Source of the DNA: Podarcis pityusensis
Taxonomy: Eukaryota
Assembly: GCA_964106645.2 (NCBI GenBank)
Contig: OZ067038.1
Reading direction: 5' to 3' (one strand)
DNA length: 64,000 nt
Shown: piece by piece, positions 11,483-25,178 of the stretch
How positions within the stretch are numbered: the first letter of the stretch is position 1
How the letters are laid out: every line of letters starts with the position of its first letter
Notes under the pieces: generated by a model
What the model was told of the DNA's origin: nothing
Database searches by the model: none
What the model saw: only the letters and a program-made list of their open reading frames with translations
Made by a program: the position numbers and the translations under genes

Positions 11483-13630
11483 ATGAGTAATTGGACAGGG
11501 ATCGTTCTCTCCTTGACGCTCATAACTTGGGTATGTCGGGCACAGGAATCACCCTTGTGCCGTCCTTCTGTCACTGGATTTCAGGCATGCAAACAGGTCT
11601 TGAATCTTCCTGCACTGGAAGTTCTTCCTGGAGGTGGTTGGGATAACCTGAGGAATCTGGATATGGCAAGAGTGATCAGCCTAAACTACTCTTCGTGCAG
11701 CACTACGGAAGATGGGGCTTATTTCATCCCCAATGAGTTTTTTGCCATCGCCCGTAAACAGAGCTCCCTGGAGATGAACTCAGAGATCATAGAGTCTTGG
11801 ATGGATTACCAGTGTGCCACCTCCGTTTCCATCAATGCAGAGGTGTCCTTTCTTTCTATCAACGGAAAGTTTTCCACTGACTTCCGCAGGATGAAAACCC
11901 ACCAAGTGAGAGATCAGGCTGTGACCACCAGGGTTCAGGTCAGGAATTTGATGTACACTGTGAAATTCAACCCTGGTGCAATGTTAGATGAAGGCTTCCA
12001 GCAGCAGCTTGTCACCATTGCTAGCTATCTGGAGAACAACCACACACGAATGGCTGACTACTTGGCAGAGATCTTGGTCCTAAACTACGGCACTCATGTT
12101 ATCACAGGAGTTGATGCTGGAGCCAGCCTCATCCAGGAGGACCAAGTGAAGTCCTCCTTTGTGAAAGATGGCAAGTCCTCGAGAATTTCTGTCACAGCTG
12201 CGGCTGGGGCCTCTTTCCGCAAAATGCTCCACTTTGACATTAGCACTTCAGTGGCGACAGAAAACGCTTTCACCCAGCAGTATCAGGACAACCTCACCAG
12301 CTCCAGGGTGGAGAGTATTGGTGGGGTACCATTTTACCCTGGCATTACCCTGAAAACTTGGCAGGAGAGCACCACCAACCAGCTGGTGGCTGTTGACCGT
12401 TCAGGCTTGCCTCTGCCATTCTTCATCACCCCAGGAAATCTGCCGGGATTGCCCACCCCCACCGTGAAGAGATTGTCCAGGACTGTGGCATCTGCCATCT
12501 CCCGTTACTACACATTCAACACCTACCCTGGCTGCATCGACCCTGCCTCGCCCAACTTCAACTTCTATGCCAACATGGATGATGGGAGCTGTGAAGGGAC
12601 AATGACCAATTTCACCTTTGGTGGAGTCTACCAGGAGTGTGCTCAGCTGGAAGGTCCTGATGCTGCTGTGCTCTGCCAGGACCTGGAGCAGAGGAACCCA
12701 CTCACTGGAGACTTCTCTTGCCCTGAGGGTTATGACGCAATCAAACTGCGCTCCCAGCTACTTGAGGAAGGCTATAGCCACTTGGAGTGCCGCCAGGATT
12801 GCACGCTGTGGATATTCTGCAGACAGGTTTGCAACGATGTTTTCACCCCTTCCATGGTCCAGTTCAGCTCCTATTGGTGTGCAGCAAGAAACTCTGTCCC
12901 TCAACAGTCAGGGTTCCTTTTTGGAGGCCTCTTTAGTGCCCAGAGCCCCAACCCCATGACCAACAGCCAGTCCTGTCCCTCCAACTATTACCAGCTGAAG
13001 CTCTTGGACCAGCTCATAATCTGCGTCAGCAACGATGCCCGGGCACAGAGGAACTCTATTCCTTTTGGGGGGTTCTTCAGTTGCCAGGTAGGAAACCCGC
13101 TGACGGGACACCACCGTGGAACAGATGATGACCCCTACTCCAAGAGGTGCCCAGCAGGATTTGGCCAGCACCTGGCTCTGATCAGTGATGGCTGTGAAGT
13201 GCAATACTGTGTCCAGGCTGGACGTTTCACAGAAGGGGCTTTACCCCAAGCCCGGCTCCCTCCCTTCACTCGCAAACCTGTCATGAGCTTAACTGCCACC
13301 AACACCGTCATGGTGATGAACAGCCATGGTGACCAGGTTTGGATCAAGGACACTCAGACCCAGATGTGGAAGATAGGTAGCCCTGCCAATCTGCACAACA
13401 TGAACGCTGCTGGTGGGAGCTTCTCAGGTGGAGAGACAGCAGGGGTCACTGTTGGTGCCACCACTGGCTTGGCCATCCTGATTGGCCTGTCGGTCTATGG
13501 GTGCAGGAGGTATAAGAAAAGGGAGTACAAAAACATCGGGGAAGAGGAGAGGAGTTTGACCTCATGCAACAATGCCTGTGATTTCATGGGTGAAATAGAG
13601 GATGAGCAGGAGCAGGAAAGACAAACAGTG

Positions 13631-13633
<3 letters not shown>
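11483..13633 (+). CDS. MPEG1: Macrophage-expressed gene 1 protein / perforin-2 (single coding exon, 716 aa)
   Basis: Signal peptide; LEVLPGGGWDNLRN N-terminal motif; MACPF signature YGTHVITGVDAGA; Cys-rich EGF-like and P2 regions (NFTFGGVYQEC, FGGFFSC); TM helix GVTVGATTGLAILIGLSVYG; basic tail RRYKKREY. Kozak-like gagccATG. Convergent with DTX4 as in mammals. Confidence 0.98.

Positions 13634-13670
<37 letters not shown>
13633..13670. repeat. (GT)n microsatellite abutting the MPEG1 stop codon
   Basis: gtgtag followed by a TG run. Confidence 0.97.
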
Positions 13671-13675
<5 letters not shown>

Positions 13676-13686
13676 TCAATTACATC

Positions 13687-13915
13687 AGGATGGGGACCTG
13701 TGGCCCTGAAGATGATGTTGGACTCCAGCTCCCATCAGCTCCAGCCAGCATGATGGGAGTAGTAGTCCAGCAACATCTGGAGGGACACTTGAATGCTGCT
13801 GTATGTCAGTCACCCCCAACCTGCTGCCCTCTAGCTGTTTGGGACTAGAACACCCATGGTCCTGACTGTTGGCTACACTGGAAGGAGCTGGTGGGAACTG
13901 TAGTTCAAAGAAGGC
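13687..13915. mobile_element. Two hairpin MITE remnants directly 3' of the MPEG1 stop
   Basis: gatgttggactccagctcccatca...tgatgggagtagtagtccagcaacatc; same superfamily as 6219-6353, with further copies near 14870, 18700, 31135, 50290 and 53515. Confidence 0.65.
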
Positions 13916-14130
13916 TAGTGCTTTGCTGCAAGTGCATGGCTGTGAGCTTCTTCCTCCTACTGTCTCTTGTTCCTCTTCTCTAACTTTTCTGAGTAAGCAG
14001 AAGCACAGCAGCTCCCATAGGCATTTTCCATTATGTTCAGGGCATTGGGAAGCTGCCGTATACTTAGCTGAATCCTTTGGTCCACCTAGATCAGAAGTGC
14101 CTCTTCCAACAAGCAGCAGCTCTCCAGCAT

Positions 14131-14817
14131 TCTTTTTTGTTTTAAAATAATTTTTATTAAATATTTTCTTTGTTTACAAAAGCACACATATTGTCTCTTT
14201 CTTCAGGCTGTGTTCTCTACAGATCAGTTACATTTTTTTGTGAGTCATTGGTGTTATATGCAGTTTAGGGTTGGGAAGAAAAGGGGGGTGAGAGGGGATG
14301 AGGTGGTAAATCTTATATTATTTTCCTTAGTGCATGTGTGGGGTTTTTGTGTCAGCGTCACTTGGATAGGTTCTCTTTCTATTCGCTTGTTGTTTCCTTG
14401 GTGGTGAGAGAGGTTGGGGGTGGCATGGTGTGGCTGATTGTCTTTGGTTGGCTGCAGTGGGATTTGTTTGTGCGTGGGGGGGCATTGTTGGGTTAAGTTA
14501 GCCGTATTGATTCACATGCTGTCATTCTTGTTGTTGTCTTGTTGGGCTGTGTTTGTGATAAAGGGGAGCCATACTGGGGTGAAGGCATCCTCTTCTATTT
14601 CTCCCCATGTCAGTTTCAGTCTATTGGTTAGCTTTTCTAATAAGGCCGTTTCCCATACTACTTGATACCAGCGTCCCATGTTTATTTTTGACAGGTTCCT
14701 CCAGTGTCTGGCTATGATGTTTCTGACTGCAGAGAGTAGGTGGGTTGTGAGCTCTTTATAGTGTGAGTGGGCATTTGTGGCGTTGCATTTCTGATAGGAG
14801 TTTCCCCCCAACCTCAT
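14131..14817 (-). mobile_element. L1/Tx1-type LINE 3' fragment, antisense and downstream of MPEG1
   Basis: ORF ...HLLSAVRNIIARHWRN...RWYQVVWETALLEKLT...FTPVWLPFI resembles the ORF2 C-terminus of non-mammalian L1; AATAAA and A-rich tail near 14131-14160. Confidence 0.75.
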
Positions 14818-17800
14818 CTATGGGCATAAGGGGCACATGCCTTTTCCTGGGGAGTTAGACTACAACAGAGGTGTGGCCTTCCAGATGTTGTCCAACTCCC
14901 AATCCCATCAGCCCAAGCTGGCACAGCCAATGGCCAGGGATGATCAGAGCTGGAGTCCAGCCCATGGGATATACAGCCACACACAGCACCTAAATTCACC
15001 TTCCTTGAGGATACCTGCTTATACGGCAAATAAAGCACAGGTTAAGATGGTGGTCCCATGGGGTGTCATGAAGGGTTGATGATGACAGGACAGGAGAAAA
15101 CCCTTAGGCTGAAAAAGGCTCCCCGCCCTGATCGGGCCCCAGTGTGAAGAAGTTGAAAAGCTTAACAGGATTTTAAGTTTAACAGGGTGCAGCTTAACAA
15201 GGACACTCCCCCCCCCCCCCACACACACTGTCAGGCGGAGCAGACTCTGCTTTCTTTACTTTTTTTACCAGCACTGCTGTAGAAACAATACCAGGGTAAC
15301 ACCTTGTGCAAGTCCTAGTTTTACTTCCCAGGTAGAAGAGAGGGGCTGCGTAGCTACTTTGGGGAAACACTTTGAGCTGTTCAGATGGGAGAGGCAGCAT
15401 GCTTATATTGTCACATGCACACAAAGCCCGGGGCAGTGGCAGAATAGAAAAGGGGGATGTGAAGAGAGAATGCAAGTAACTTCAAGATTCAGCCCTTGTT
15501 CAGCTATAAAAAGCACTGACTTGCAGCAAAGGAGCTGCAAGGGCTTTTTCTCTTTCGGCAAAAGGATTTTCTCCCCCCCACAAGTGCATCTTTGAACACA
15601 CTGGCCTGGTGCATTAGCAAGATTTTATTCTATTGAGAACAGCTCCTCTGTGCTCCATCAGCAGCTTATGCTCTATTAACATATATCCTCCCGGAAAAGG
15701 ATGGCAGGAAATGCTTCTTCCAGACTCTGTCAATGAGTCAGCCACTGATTTGTCTGCAAACCAAGGCAGGTTACTAACAGTATATTAAATTTTTGGTTTT
15801 ATTTGATCCAGTAAAGGCAACTGCATGTATCCATATATAACAATATATTTTATTTTTTTAAAAACCCTCTTGAATGCAAAATATATGTATATATATATAG
15901 TGCTTTTTCATAAACATGCAATGCAACATGCCTGAAGGGAATGAACGTCTTGTATTAAGGGAGCCATCAATGAATATTGTTGTTTTTTCAGAAAGTTGCT
16001 CCCATTTGGTTCTGCTTTATTGCTTATTTCTCCAAGCTGGTGGAGGGAATCAGTTTTAAAGGACATAAGAAAGGATGTAGGCACTTAGATCTCATGTAAA
16101 CAAAGAGAGGAAACCACACACAAGTAGTAGATCAGTGGGAAAGAATTTGTACAGCTAGAACTCACCAGTGTTTTATGTGCTATTTCTGGATTCTGCACTC
16201 AGAAAAATGAAATTGTGCCATTAGAGGTGTGTGAAATATATTGGTATATATTTACTTATAGCGAAAATAGAGGCTAATTAGGCAAGCTATCTCACAGTGT
16301 GGAATTATTTGGCAATGAAACATGTGATAATAAGGAATGGGAATTAGCTAGCCAAGAAGGCAGTGGGAGAGTCACATGTAGCTGTGCAGTGGTGTGAAGA
16401 GGCATCCCCCTCAACCTTCGGGGCCTAGACGAGCCCCACCCTGGTTTCCGAGTTTTTAATATAAAACACCGCACACTAAATTTCCAGTTCTTCCTGGCAA
16501 CCACAGAGGCAGAGACTCAAAACCTGCTGGGTTTTTTTTTAAGTTTAAAACCAAAATATTGAAATGGCAAATGGTAACCAACACGGCAAATTCTGTGCTT
16601 GGCAGGGCAGCACATGGAATAGATATGACAAGAATGGCTGTGCATTCTTTATTGGAATGAGAGAACAGTCTACTTTCACCAGTGTAATCTTAAGGCAGCC
16701 TTTGCCAACCTGGTGCCTCCAGATGTCTTAGACCACAGCTCTCGTCAGTCCAAGCTCACCTAAGGGATGAGCTTGTGGTTTCTAACCCTCTTCCTGACAG
16801 GCTTTGCACCTTTCATCACTGCATCAGAGGCAGGCATTCCCAATTTCTCCAGCATGTCCAAATTTCTCCAGCACGGCATCGTAAGGATTGGGAGAGGAGA
16901 AAGAGAAGGTGCACCTGTTTGATTCCTGCAGGCCATGCAGCTGTTAATGGCACAGTATCTCAGAAAAAAGTTGGCAATCTGAAGTATGAACAGCGAGTAT
17001 GAACAGATTCCAAGATTAGATCCAACTCAAATTAGAAGTTTAGCAAGATGATCCTGTTTTGTTCCTTCAGTTCTTTCCCTCCCTTCTGACACCTACAAAT
17101 GAAAGATTTTGATTCTGTCCAAAATCCAAGAATTAGAAGTCCTTCACTGGATCTAAACATTTTCCTTCAAGTTGTGTTAACTGTAGTGAGTTGGTTTTCC
17201 ATCAACTCTCATCTCAAGCTGAAGTATTTGCTTTCCCTGAAGCAACTTCCCCCTTGTGGCTGTTTGAAAGCCAATGTTCTCCCAGCTAAGTAAACTGCAC
17301 ACATTCACCTGCTCAGGAAGCACCAACAATGAACAAAGGACAGACTCACAGACTCAGAAAACACAGACACGAGACATTCTTCAAAATTGGCAGTGGAGTT
17401 TTCCTTTTATTGTATCCGCCCCCCCAAGGGTGCCATCCTGACGCAATGCAACAAACTAGAGACGGGCAAAACGCACCGTTCACAAACAACAAACAAACAA
17501 TATACATCATGGCTTCCCCCTCACCCTGCCCTCCCCCCCATCCCCAATACCACTACCAGATCCCCACCACAACCTGCTTTGGGACTTGAAGAGGACAAAA
17601 AGTGGAAAAGAGAGACCCTCTTCCCCCCATCGCCCTCGACAACAGCGTCACATCAGGCTTGTCATTTCCTACGAAGTACAAAATTATCAACGGCTGGAGA
17701 GTTCAAGGAAGAAGTAATTCAGCCAAAACAAAAGTAAAATAAAAGGCAAACTGGCTCCCTTCAGTTGGGAGATGACCGTGGCTGGAAGGTTGCCCTTCAA

Positions 17801-20449
17801 AATCTCTCCTCTATCCTGGAGGCTAAATCACATTTGAGGGAATGCCATGGTGTGTGTGTGTGTATTTGAGGGTGGGGCAGAGAGGTTGCATTTAGAGAGT
17901 TTAACACGGCTGGGTAAACTCCCAAACGGGTTTTTCCCCCCTGCCAACTGAACCACTCAATCAAATCAAATCTATTAGGGGGGAAATCCAAGAAGGAAAT
18001 GCCTGGCAAGATTTATTCAGAATGGCATCCCTACATAATGTATGATGGCAACCCAGTCAGATGAGCGGCATATAAATTTAAATTTTTTTTATGATGATGA
18101 TGATGTAGTAACGGAGTTAAAAATTAAAAAGCTTAGACTGGCACTCAACCAAGTTTTACACACAGTAAACCCATTGACGATGACTAAGTTAGGACCATTA
18201 ATGTCAATACGTCTATTCCAAGTAAAACCTAGCTGAATGCCAACATGTTCTTGAGAGGAGTGCTGATGAGAAAGGAAGAGGAGATTCTCCAGGTGACATG
18301 TACCCAGGAGCCCCTGATGATTTATTAAGGGCCTCTTTAAAAAATCACAGCACACTTAACAACCCTTGTGATGTCTCTGGGCTCCTCCACAGTCACACAC
18401 ACCCTGCCGCCACCAAACCAGACAAGCATGCAGTCAGACATCTCTACAGACATGCTCCTTCCTATTCCCACATGCTCTCTTTCACACTTTCCATCTCTTT
18501 TATTTTCTCACCCGAGCCTGCCCCACAGAGATTTCACACGGGTTATTAAGGTCTTCGCACATACAAAAAAGTCAAAATATTTTATTCAACTATCGGGGAT
18601 GGGCAGGGAAGGGCAGGGACCCAAATGGCACAGCTGTTTGAAAAGGGCTGTCACTCTTCCTGGGAGAGCCAATGTGGTGCCCTGCAGGTGCCGCATGACT
18701 CTAGCTCCCATCGACCCCAGCTGCTATGGCCAACAGTCAGGGATGATGGGAGTTGTAGTTCAGAAAAAAACTTCTGGGAGGGCCCCACACGGACGCCCCC
18801 TGCTCTGTGCCATGGCAAACTCTATCACAAGCTGCGCTTAGCCTCCAGGTCTAACTTAAGTACCATTGTATTACACTTCCTAGCCTCAAAGACTTTCTCA
18901 TACATTACAAATATATATATAAATATATACATATATACGACAAACCCCCCAAACATGAGGTAAATAAATTCAAATCAGTATCCAGGGGACTCCCCCATAC
19001 AAACAGTTCAAAAGAACCCACCTCAGGAGTGTGAGGAGGCAAAACCTGAAAGTGTCTTGCCTTCCACCACTTCTGTAAAGCCTCTCACTCCAACCCACAA
19101 CAGAAACAGATCGGACACAAAACAACCCCCCTGGGATGCAATTCACAAACAGAAAGAGAGATCGGGGCACATGGCTCTGTATTGGTCTGGAGAGAAGTAA
19201 ATGCAATTGAGACAGGGAGGCCTGACCTAAACCCTAGCTAAGTCCAGGAGCCCAGCTGGATCGCGCAGATCCAGCCACAGGAGCAAGACTTGGGCTGCAT
19301 GCACACCACGCCTCCAAGGCACATTCTAAGCACAGTCTTTCCCTCAAAGAATTCTGGGCACTGTAGTTTGTCAGAGGTTGCTGGGAATGTTCACTCTGTG
19401 AGGGGTGAACTACAGGGCCCCAAAGACAGGGCTGCAAATGTGCTTTAAAGGTATATAATGTGTACTTTCCCAGCCTCAGTCTGGAATGGACCGACTTTAT
19501 CCAGAGGCAAGTGTGGGCCAGATCCAATATGCCAACTTGCAGGGAAGCAAGGGGTTTCCTGCATCCACTTAATGCAGTATAGATACCGGCTGTGATTCAT
19601 TAATTTTGCTCATCCAAGTTTTGAGTCGGATGCAAGGGCTTGCCTACAGCTGACCCAGTTTGGAATGCATCCAAGAGAAGGAATTCCCAGCCTGCTTCCT
19701 CAAGGAACTGGGGCAGGCTCTAGCAGGAAGTGGGCCTGCTTCTTAGCTATCTTAAAATAGGGACGGAGAGGCAGCTTCACAACGTATGAGAGTGCCAGAG
19801 AGCACCAGACCAGCAAACAGCACATTTCTGACTCACACTGAGCCACGACATGAAAGCAGTGACATGACAACATGGAACCAGGCACCTAGCTGGGCAAGAA
19901 AGAGAGACCAGGGCCAATTTTAATCCTCAGTGCCTTTGGGACGGACAGCCACCTTTCTTGGCTCCCGAGTGCTGCCACCCGAGACGCCTGCTTGCCCCCA
20001 AGGCATACCTTCTGTTGCTTTCACAGAATTTAAAGTGGGTCTTTATTTGCCCCTCCCCCCACAAAAATGCCAGGCCAGGTATCTGAGCTGCTAACTATAA
20101 AAGCAGCTTTGGGTGCTGAGGTTAATATAACCTCAGGCCTCATCAGGACACTGCAGCCCAGGCCCAAGACAAGCTGGGTGGGGGGAACTTTCCCAGGCTC
20201 GTTTGCTCCCAGCAGCCAAATGCTGTAGGACTGGCGGCTTCCAACCTGAGCGAGCCCCTAAGCGGACTGCTGGGCAGGTGGAACCAGGCCTTTTAAGAGG
20301 CAGGTGGTGGCTGTGGCAACAAGAGGCAGAGAGGGCAGAGCAGGCACAGTGGACAAGGGAGAGGGAGCTTGATCCACAGGGCGCCGGCTCTTTTTCGTAG
20401 CTCCGCCCCAGGCAGGGCAAAGCCTGTCCCCTCCCCTCCCCCCATGCCC

Positions 20450-20683
20450 TCAATCCTTCTCCTGGAGCGTACTCTCCTCCGTGATGCCCTGAGCAGCCAG
20501 TTCAGCCAGCACATTGTCCAGGTAGTTGGGATCAGGGTAGCCGTGGCCCGTGAGGTTGGAGCCAAACTCTGTCTTGTGGTGGATCTCGTTCCAGATCACC
20601 GTGTCCGACTCGCCCGTGGTGCTTGAGGTGCCAATGGCAAAGATTAGACGCCGGTCCCAGGCTACCAGAAGCAGTTTCAGCAC
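20450..20683 (-). CDS. DTX4: DTX4 last coding exon (DTC C-terminus and stop)
   Basis: ggcag|[51 protein letters not shown]...QEKD*; 234 nt; spliced total 1911 nt. Confidence 0.96.
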   Translation of the reverse strand: MLKLLLVAWDRRLIFAIGTSSTTGESDTVIWNEIHHKTEFGSNLTGHGYPDPNYLDNVLAELAAQGITEESTLQEKD

Positions 20684-20933
20684 CTGCCAGTGGGAAGAAG
20701 AAGAGGGGAAGGGGGTTATGGGGAGGGGTTTTCCCAAAGCCTAGAGCCTCGTAGCACAGAGTACTTCGCAGAAGAAGAGCCTTGCTGGATCAGGCCCAAA
20801 GGCCCATCTAATCCAGCATCTGTTTTCACAGTGGCCAACCAGATGGTCATAAGCAGGACCTGCGTATAACAGCACTTTCCCCACTTATGATATCTGGCAA
20901 CTTGTATTCATATGGCCTCCAACACAAAGGTGC

Positions 20934-20934
<1 letters not shown>

Positions 20935-20970
<36 letters not shown>

Positions 20971-21070
20971 ACCTCACCCACCTGGCTGGGTTTCCCCAGC
21001 CACTCTGGGCAGCTTCCAACAGAACACTAGAAACAGAATGAAACTTCAAGCATTAAAAACTTCCCTAAAA
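20935..21070 (-). mobile_element. L2 3' tail with (TTA)n
   Basis: Reverse complement of the 32170-32264 tail (ccccagccactctgggcagcttcc). Confidence 0.75.
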
Positions 21071-22855
21071 TACACACAATGTGCGTCTGATGCACTTGCA
21101 AACACTTGATGCTATTAGTGCAGGAATCCGTTCAATAAGTATAGACAAGATTCCGCAATCTCATGCTTGTAGCAAAGGTGTGTTAACACTACAAGTGCAC
21201 AGGGAATGGAGGCAAGGGACTGTGCCCAATGCAAGGGCCTTGTGCAAAATGTCTTAAACTTCGAAAGACAAGAGGACCCCTTTTCTTCCAAAAGGGGAAA
21301 TCTTGTTATAGCCTCAAGCATGTAGAAAGAAAGGTAAGGCACCATTTCCCCCCAAAGACTGTGGGGAATATCTTGCAAAGTGAAGAACTTCTCCAGGCAA
21401 ACTGGGTCACCTTTTCCCCACTGATATTTAATCCACTTTAAAAAAGTGAGAGTAGAGAAGATGGCATCCTAGCATATATGAACAAACAGGGCTTCAACCA
21501 GGGAAGACGGAGAACGTCACTGAACATTGACATTTTTTATGGTTTATCTTCTAGACCTTGTCCTCACACTGTCATTGGTGAACCTTTGGGGTACTTCTAG
21601 CATGCTCCCCATAATGTAGGGGAGCTGGCAACAGTGGTAGCTCTTCATGGTGTGTTTCCACAGTACTCATTTAATGAACTGAAGTGCCTCACACATTGGA
21701 AGTGTAAGCATGTACAGGCCAAATCTGTAACATGAAGCAGGCTTTTGTGAAAAATGAATTAGGAAGCCATTATGAGCCTATTATCCTGCTGTATCAAACT
21801 CTCCCCTCCTATTCTCTCTGTTTTAACTTTCCCCCATCTTCCTATGATCTTTTCTATGTCACATTAATACCATTTATAATAAGCCATTCTGCAGCACCAT
21901 AACTCAGGAAAGAGGATTTCATGCTTCAATTCAATAATATGTGGGCATTTGAAAAATTATCCACCTCAGCTTCAAAACCAGGAGATTCCCCACCCCCCAG
22001 TTTTCAGAGGCAGAGAGCTTCTGCTGAAGGACTGAGTGTCAATCTGCAACAAAGTTATGCTTTGTTTGAAAAGACACAAACATTCAAAAACTGCTTTTAA
22101 CTCTCCACTACCATTTCTTTTGTCAGTTTCAATCTGCTATTGGGGCCAAATAGATCCCTTTTAAGTCCTAGCTGGAAATAAATATATGGTATTTCGATAC
22201 ACAGTCTCACACAAAAACTGCTGCGGTAAAATTTTAAATTAAAGTTTGTTACTGTCGTTCTTGTTAAAAACAACAAAGTATGTACAGAAAGCAGCAAGTG
22301 TCTACGTGTTTGGTATGGGCAAACCTGTGATGTGTCATTTGGGGTAAAGATACAGCCCACCAATTAGGCAATCCTCATGAAACTATCAAGAACAAGATGA
22401 CAGAAACCCCAAAACTCCTAGGTAAAATATTGGTTTCAAAGCATGCTATTCAATGTAGTGCTAAGGAGATAATTTCATCAGTGCGCACTGATCCTCACAC
22501 CACCCCTGCAAACTGTTACAGGGGTTCTTTGTGACCCTCCAGAGTATATTTGAGGGTATAAATGGGGAGGAGGGTTGAAGCCCCATCATTGTGCTAGCAG
22601 GAGTCCTTGTGCTGGCTTCTACTAGTAGAACAGGGTAGCAGAATGTGGCCCAAGGTAAACAATAGAATAACCTAACAGCCCCCTTAATATTATAGGTAAG
22701 AAATACACTTTGCGAGTTTGCATGGCGAGAGTGTCCTCCCTGCATCAAGGTAAAGCCAACATGGAGCAGAACCAACACGCTACTGTAAAGCTAAGTGGTA
22801 TAACCACAACGAATGGTTGTGCTTAAAATTCCTACAGCACGAAGATGCCACTTAC

Positions 22856-22945
22856 CTTTCTGCCTCTTTCACTCTCTGGGAGGTAACAGTGTCGAGGGAA
22901 GCCCCGTGCAGTGAAGCTCTTCCCAGGATTGGGATGCTCTGGTCC
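22856..22945 (-). CDS. DTX4: DTX4 coding exon 8 (DTC; not in ORF track)
   Basis: tttttag|[30 protein letters not shown]|gtaag; 90 nt. Confidence 0.95.
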
Positions 22946-23101
22946 CTAAAAAGAATGAGATGCACATGAAAATGAATGTGACTTTTCAAATATCTTTGAA
23001 GGAAGTTCACAGGATGAGAAAGGCCCCACTAGTCTCTAAGCTTGAAGCTGGTTGGGAGATAAGACAGTAGGATCTATCTGAGGGCCAAGCCAGAATCTCA
23101 C

Positions 23102-23263
23102 CTGGACCCCTGGTGGAATGTTGTAGATAATTCGGATGGTTTTACAGTCGAGGTGCCCAGGCAAGGAATGGGGAATAAGGTGATATTCCATCTTCCCAGG
23201 AGGTTGGGTGCCAGTCTTCACTCCATAGATGGTCTTGCAGGTTGGACACTGCAAACTCCCATC
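23102..23263 (-). CDS. DTX4: DTX4 coding exon 7 (end of RING, start of DTC)
   Basis: ttttag|[37 protein letters not shown]...PPGVQ|gtgag; 162 nt. Confidence 0.96.
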
Positions 23264-25025
23264 CTAAAAGCACAGTAGGGAAGCTGTAATGCTGGGCAAT
23301 AATTTTAGAACAGCACAGAATAAAAAGACCCCAGGCTGACATTATAATCACACGGCCACAAAGAGCCAGCAGTGGTGGTGGAAGAATGGACGGCTATTAT
23401 CTCCTCTTCCAGAAAAGTAGGAAGCACTTTGCAATCTCATCCATCCCCAAGTAGAGAAACACAAACACACAAAGCAAGGTTAGGTTAGGTTCCAAGTCCC
23501 AGTCTTACATCTAAGCCCTGTGAATCTTGCCTTCACTGGCCCCTAGGCTCCCCACCCAATTTAGCCTGTCGCTATTCCAACTGGCAGTAGATCTCCAAAG
23601 TCTTGGTAAGAAAAGTTTTTCCCATCAACTGTTACCCAAGTGAACCTGCAAAGATCTGTGTGCAAAATACATGCCACCACTGAATGGAAGGCCTTCACAT
23701 CACGTTTTTGTGCTTTTAGGTATTCGGCTGAGACATCTTAGGTCATCTTTTAAAAATGTACATGTGTGAAACATTTTTAAGCCCCAGTGGAAAAAAGCCA
23801 GATTGCGGCAGAAGCAGCCAAGAAAAGTGGGAGCGAAGTAGTGTTATCTCCAGAAAGATGATGGGTTCAGGAATGTTTTGGGCTCAGCTCAAAAGGAAAG
23901 AGTTTTAAGTCTGCCCACAGAAGAATTTGTTTTCATGTTAGAGCTGTTACGTTACTAGGGCTATTGCAGCCTTTTTAAAATGCAGTATGGAATTCCAGAA
24001 TTAAATCTCTCAAAACCATGGGCTTCAACTGGGACTAAGTGTACTTTGCATGCACTCTTTTTAAAGAAAAAAAAAGCAACATTCCTTGGAAAGTCAGTGT
24101 TTGCCATTAATAAGTGGGACACGCTTGCCCTTAATTTGCACAATATAAAGTGCTTTTTGCTAGCCAAGCAGGAAAGACGAAGAGTTTAGCAGATTACTGA
24201 GGTCCCATCACTGTTTAGCTTCTAAGCAATTTCCTAGCTATACCCTGTTCCTCTGTATGTTTTTTTCTCCATAGCCAAATGGCTCAGAAATGTATTTTTT
24301 GTTTTAATATAAGGTCACTTTTCAGGTTGCTTGTGTCATGCCATCACAGAAGTGCAGAACATGCAGCCTTGGTTCTGACTCATTAAAGACAGAAGCATTA
24401 AAGAGGTCTGTTATATGATAGGGGTGGGGAGCCTCAGAGCGCAGGCCAAGTTTGGTTTGCCAGGGGTTCAAATATGCCCCAAGAGATAGTGTTCCCCAAA
24501 CCATGCCCACCTGCCCCAAACCTGATGCCCTATGTGATGTCAGATGTGGGGCAGGTAGGGATGCAACTGCTGACGCATAGTCGGGAGCCGTAAAGGGCTC
24601 TCTTGCTTATGCACTGGCAAGGGAAAGCATTAGCTGAAGCCTCCTGGATTGGCTGCACATGGTGCTTTGAAGTCCTGACTTCTGAACTTCAAAGTGTTCC
24701 ATCTACTGATATCATTGTGATATCAGATGATTGATAGGTGAGCAGCCCCACCCACCCATCTGGCCAGACTCATGTGGCCCCTGGAAGGTTGCCCAGAAGG
24801 GAATGTGGCCCTCAAGCTGAGAAATTTTCCCCGCCCCAGCGGTATATAAATTAACTAACCAAATAATAAATATATAAGCCACATCACAGTGACTTTCCTA
24901 TATCAGCAATATCGGTGCCTGTCAGTACTATCAAGTACCAAAAGAGCTGTTCAGTCCTGGGCAGAATTCATGGGTACCCACTCGAGAGACTGCAGGCCTC
25001 CGCCTTCCCCACCCCAGGAACGCAC

Positions 25026-25178
25026 CTTGTTCCCGTTGTTGTACATGGCCACGAGGCAGTGGAGGTGGTACATGTGGCCGCACTTGGAAAGCTTTCCCAC
25101 CAAATCTGGCTTGATGGCTGGCTGAGGGCCCTTGTACCCTGAAGGGGCGGAGAGGCGCTCCATGCAGATGGTACAGTC
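25026..25178 (-). CDS. DTX4: DTX4 coding exon 6 (RING-H2, N-terminal part)
   Basis: tttcag|DCTICMERL...KCGHMYHLHCLVAMYNNGNK|gtgcg; 153 nt. Confidence 0.96.

Noticed and set aside
13500-13633. DTX4 as the ligase acting on the Lys-rich perforin-2 tail
   Set aside because: Only adjacency supports it; perforin-2 ubiquitination has been attributed to a cullin-RING ligase.
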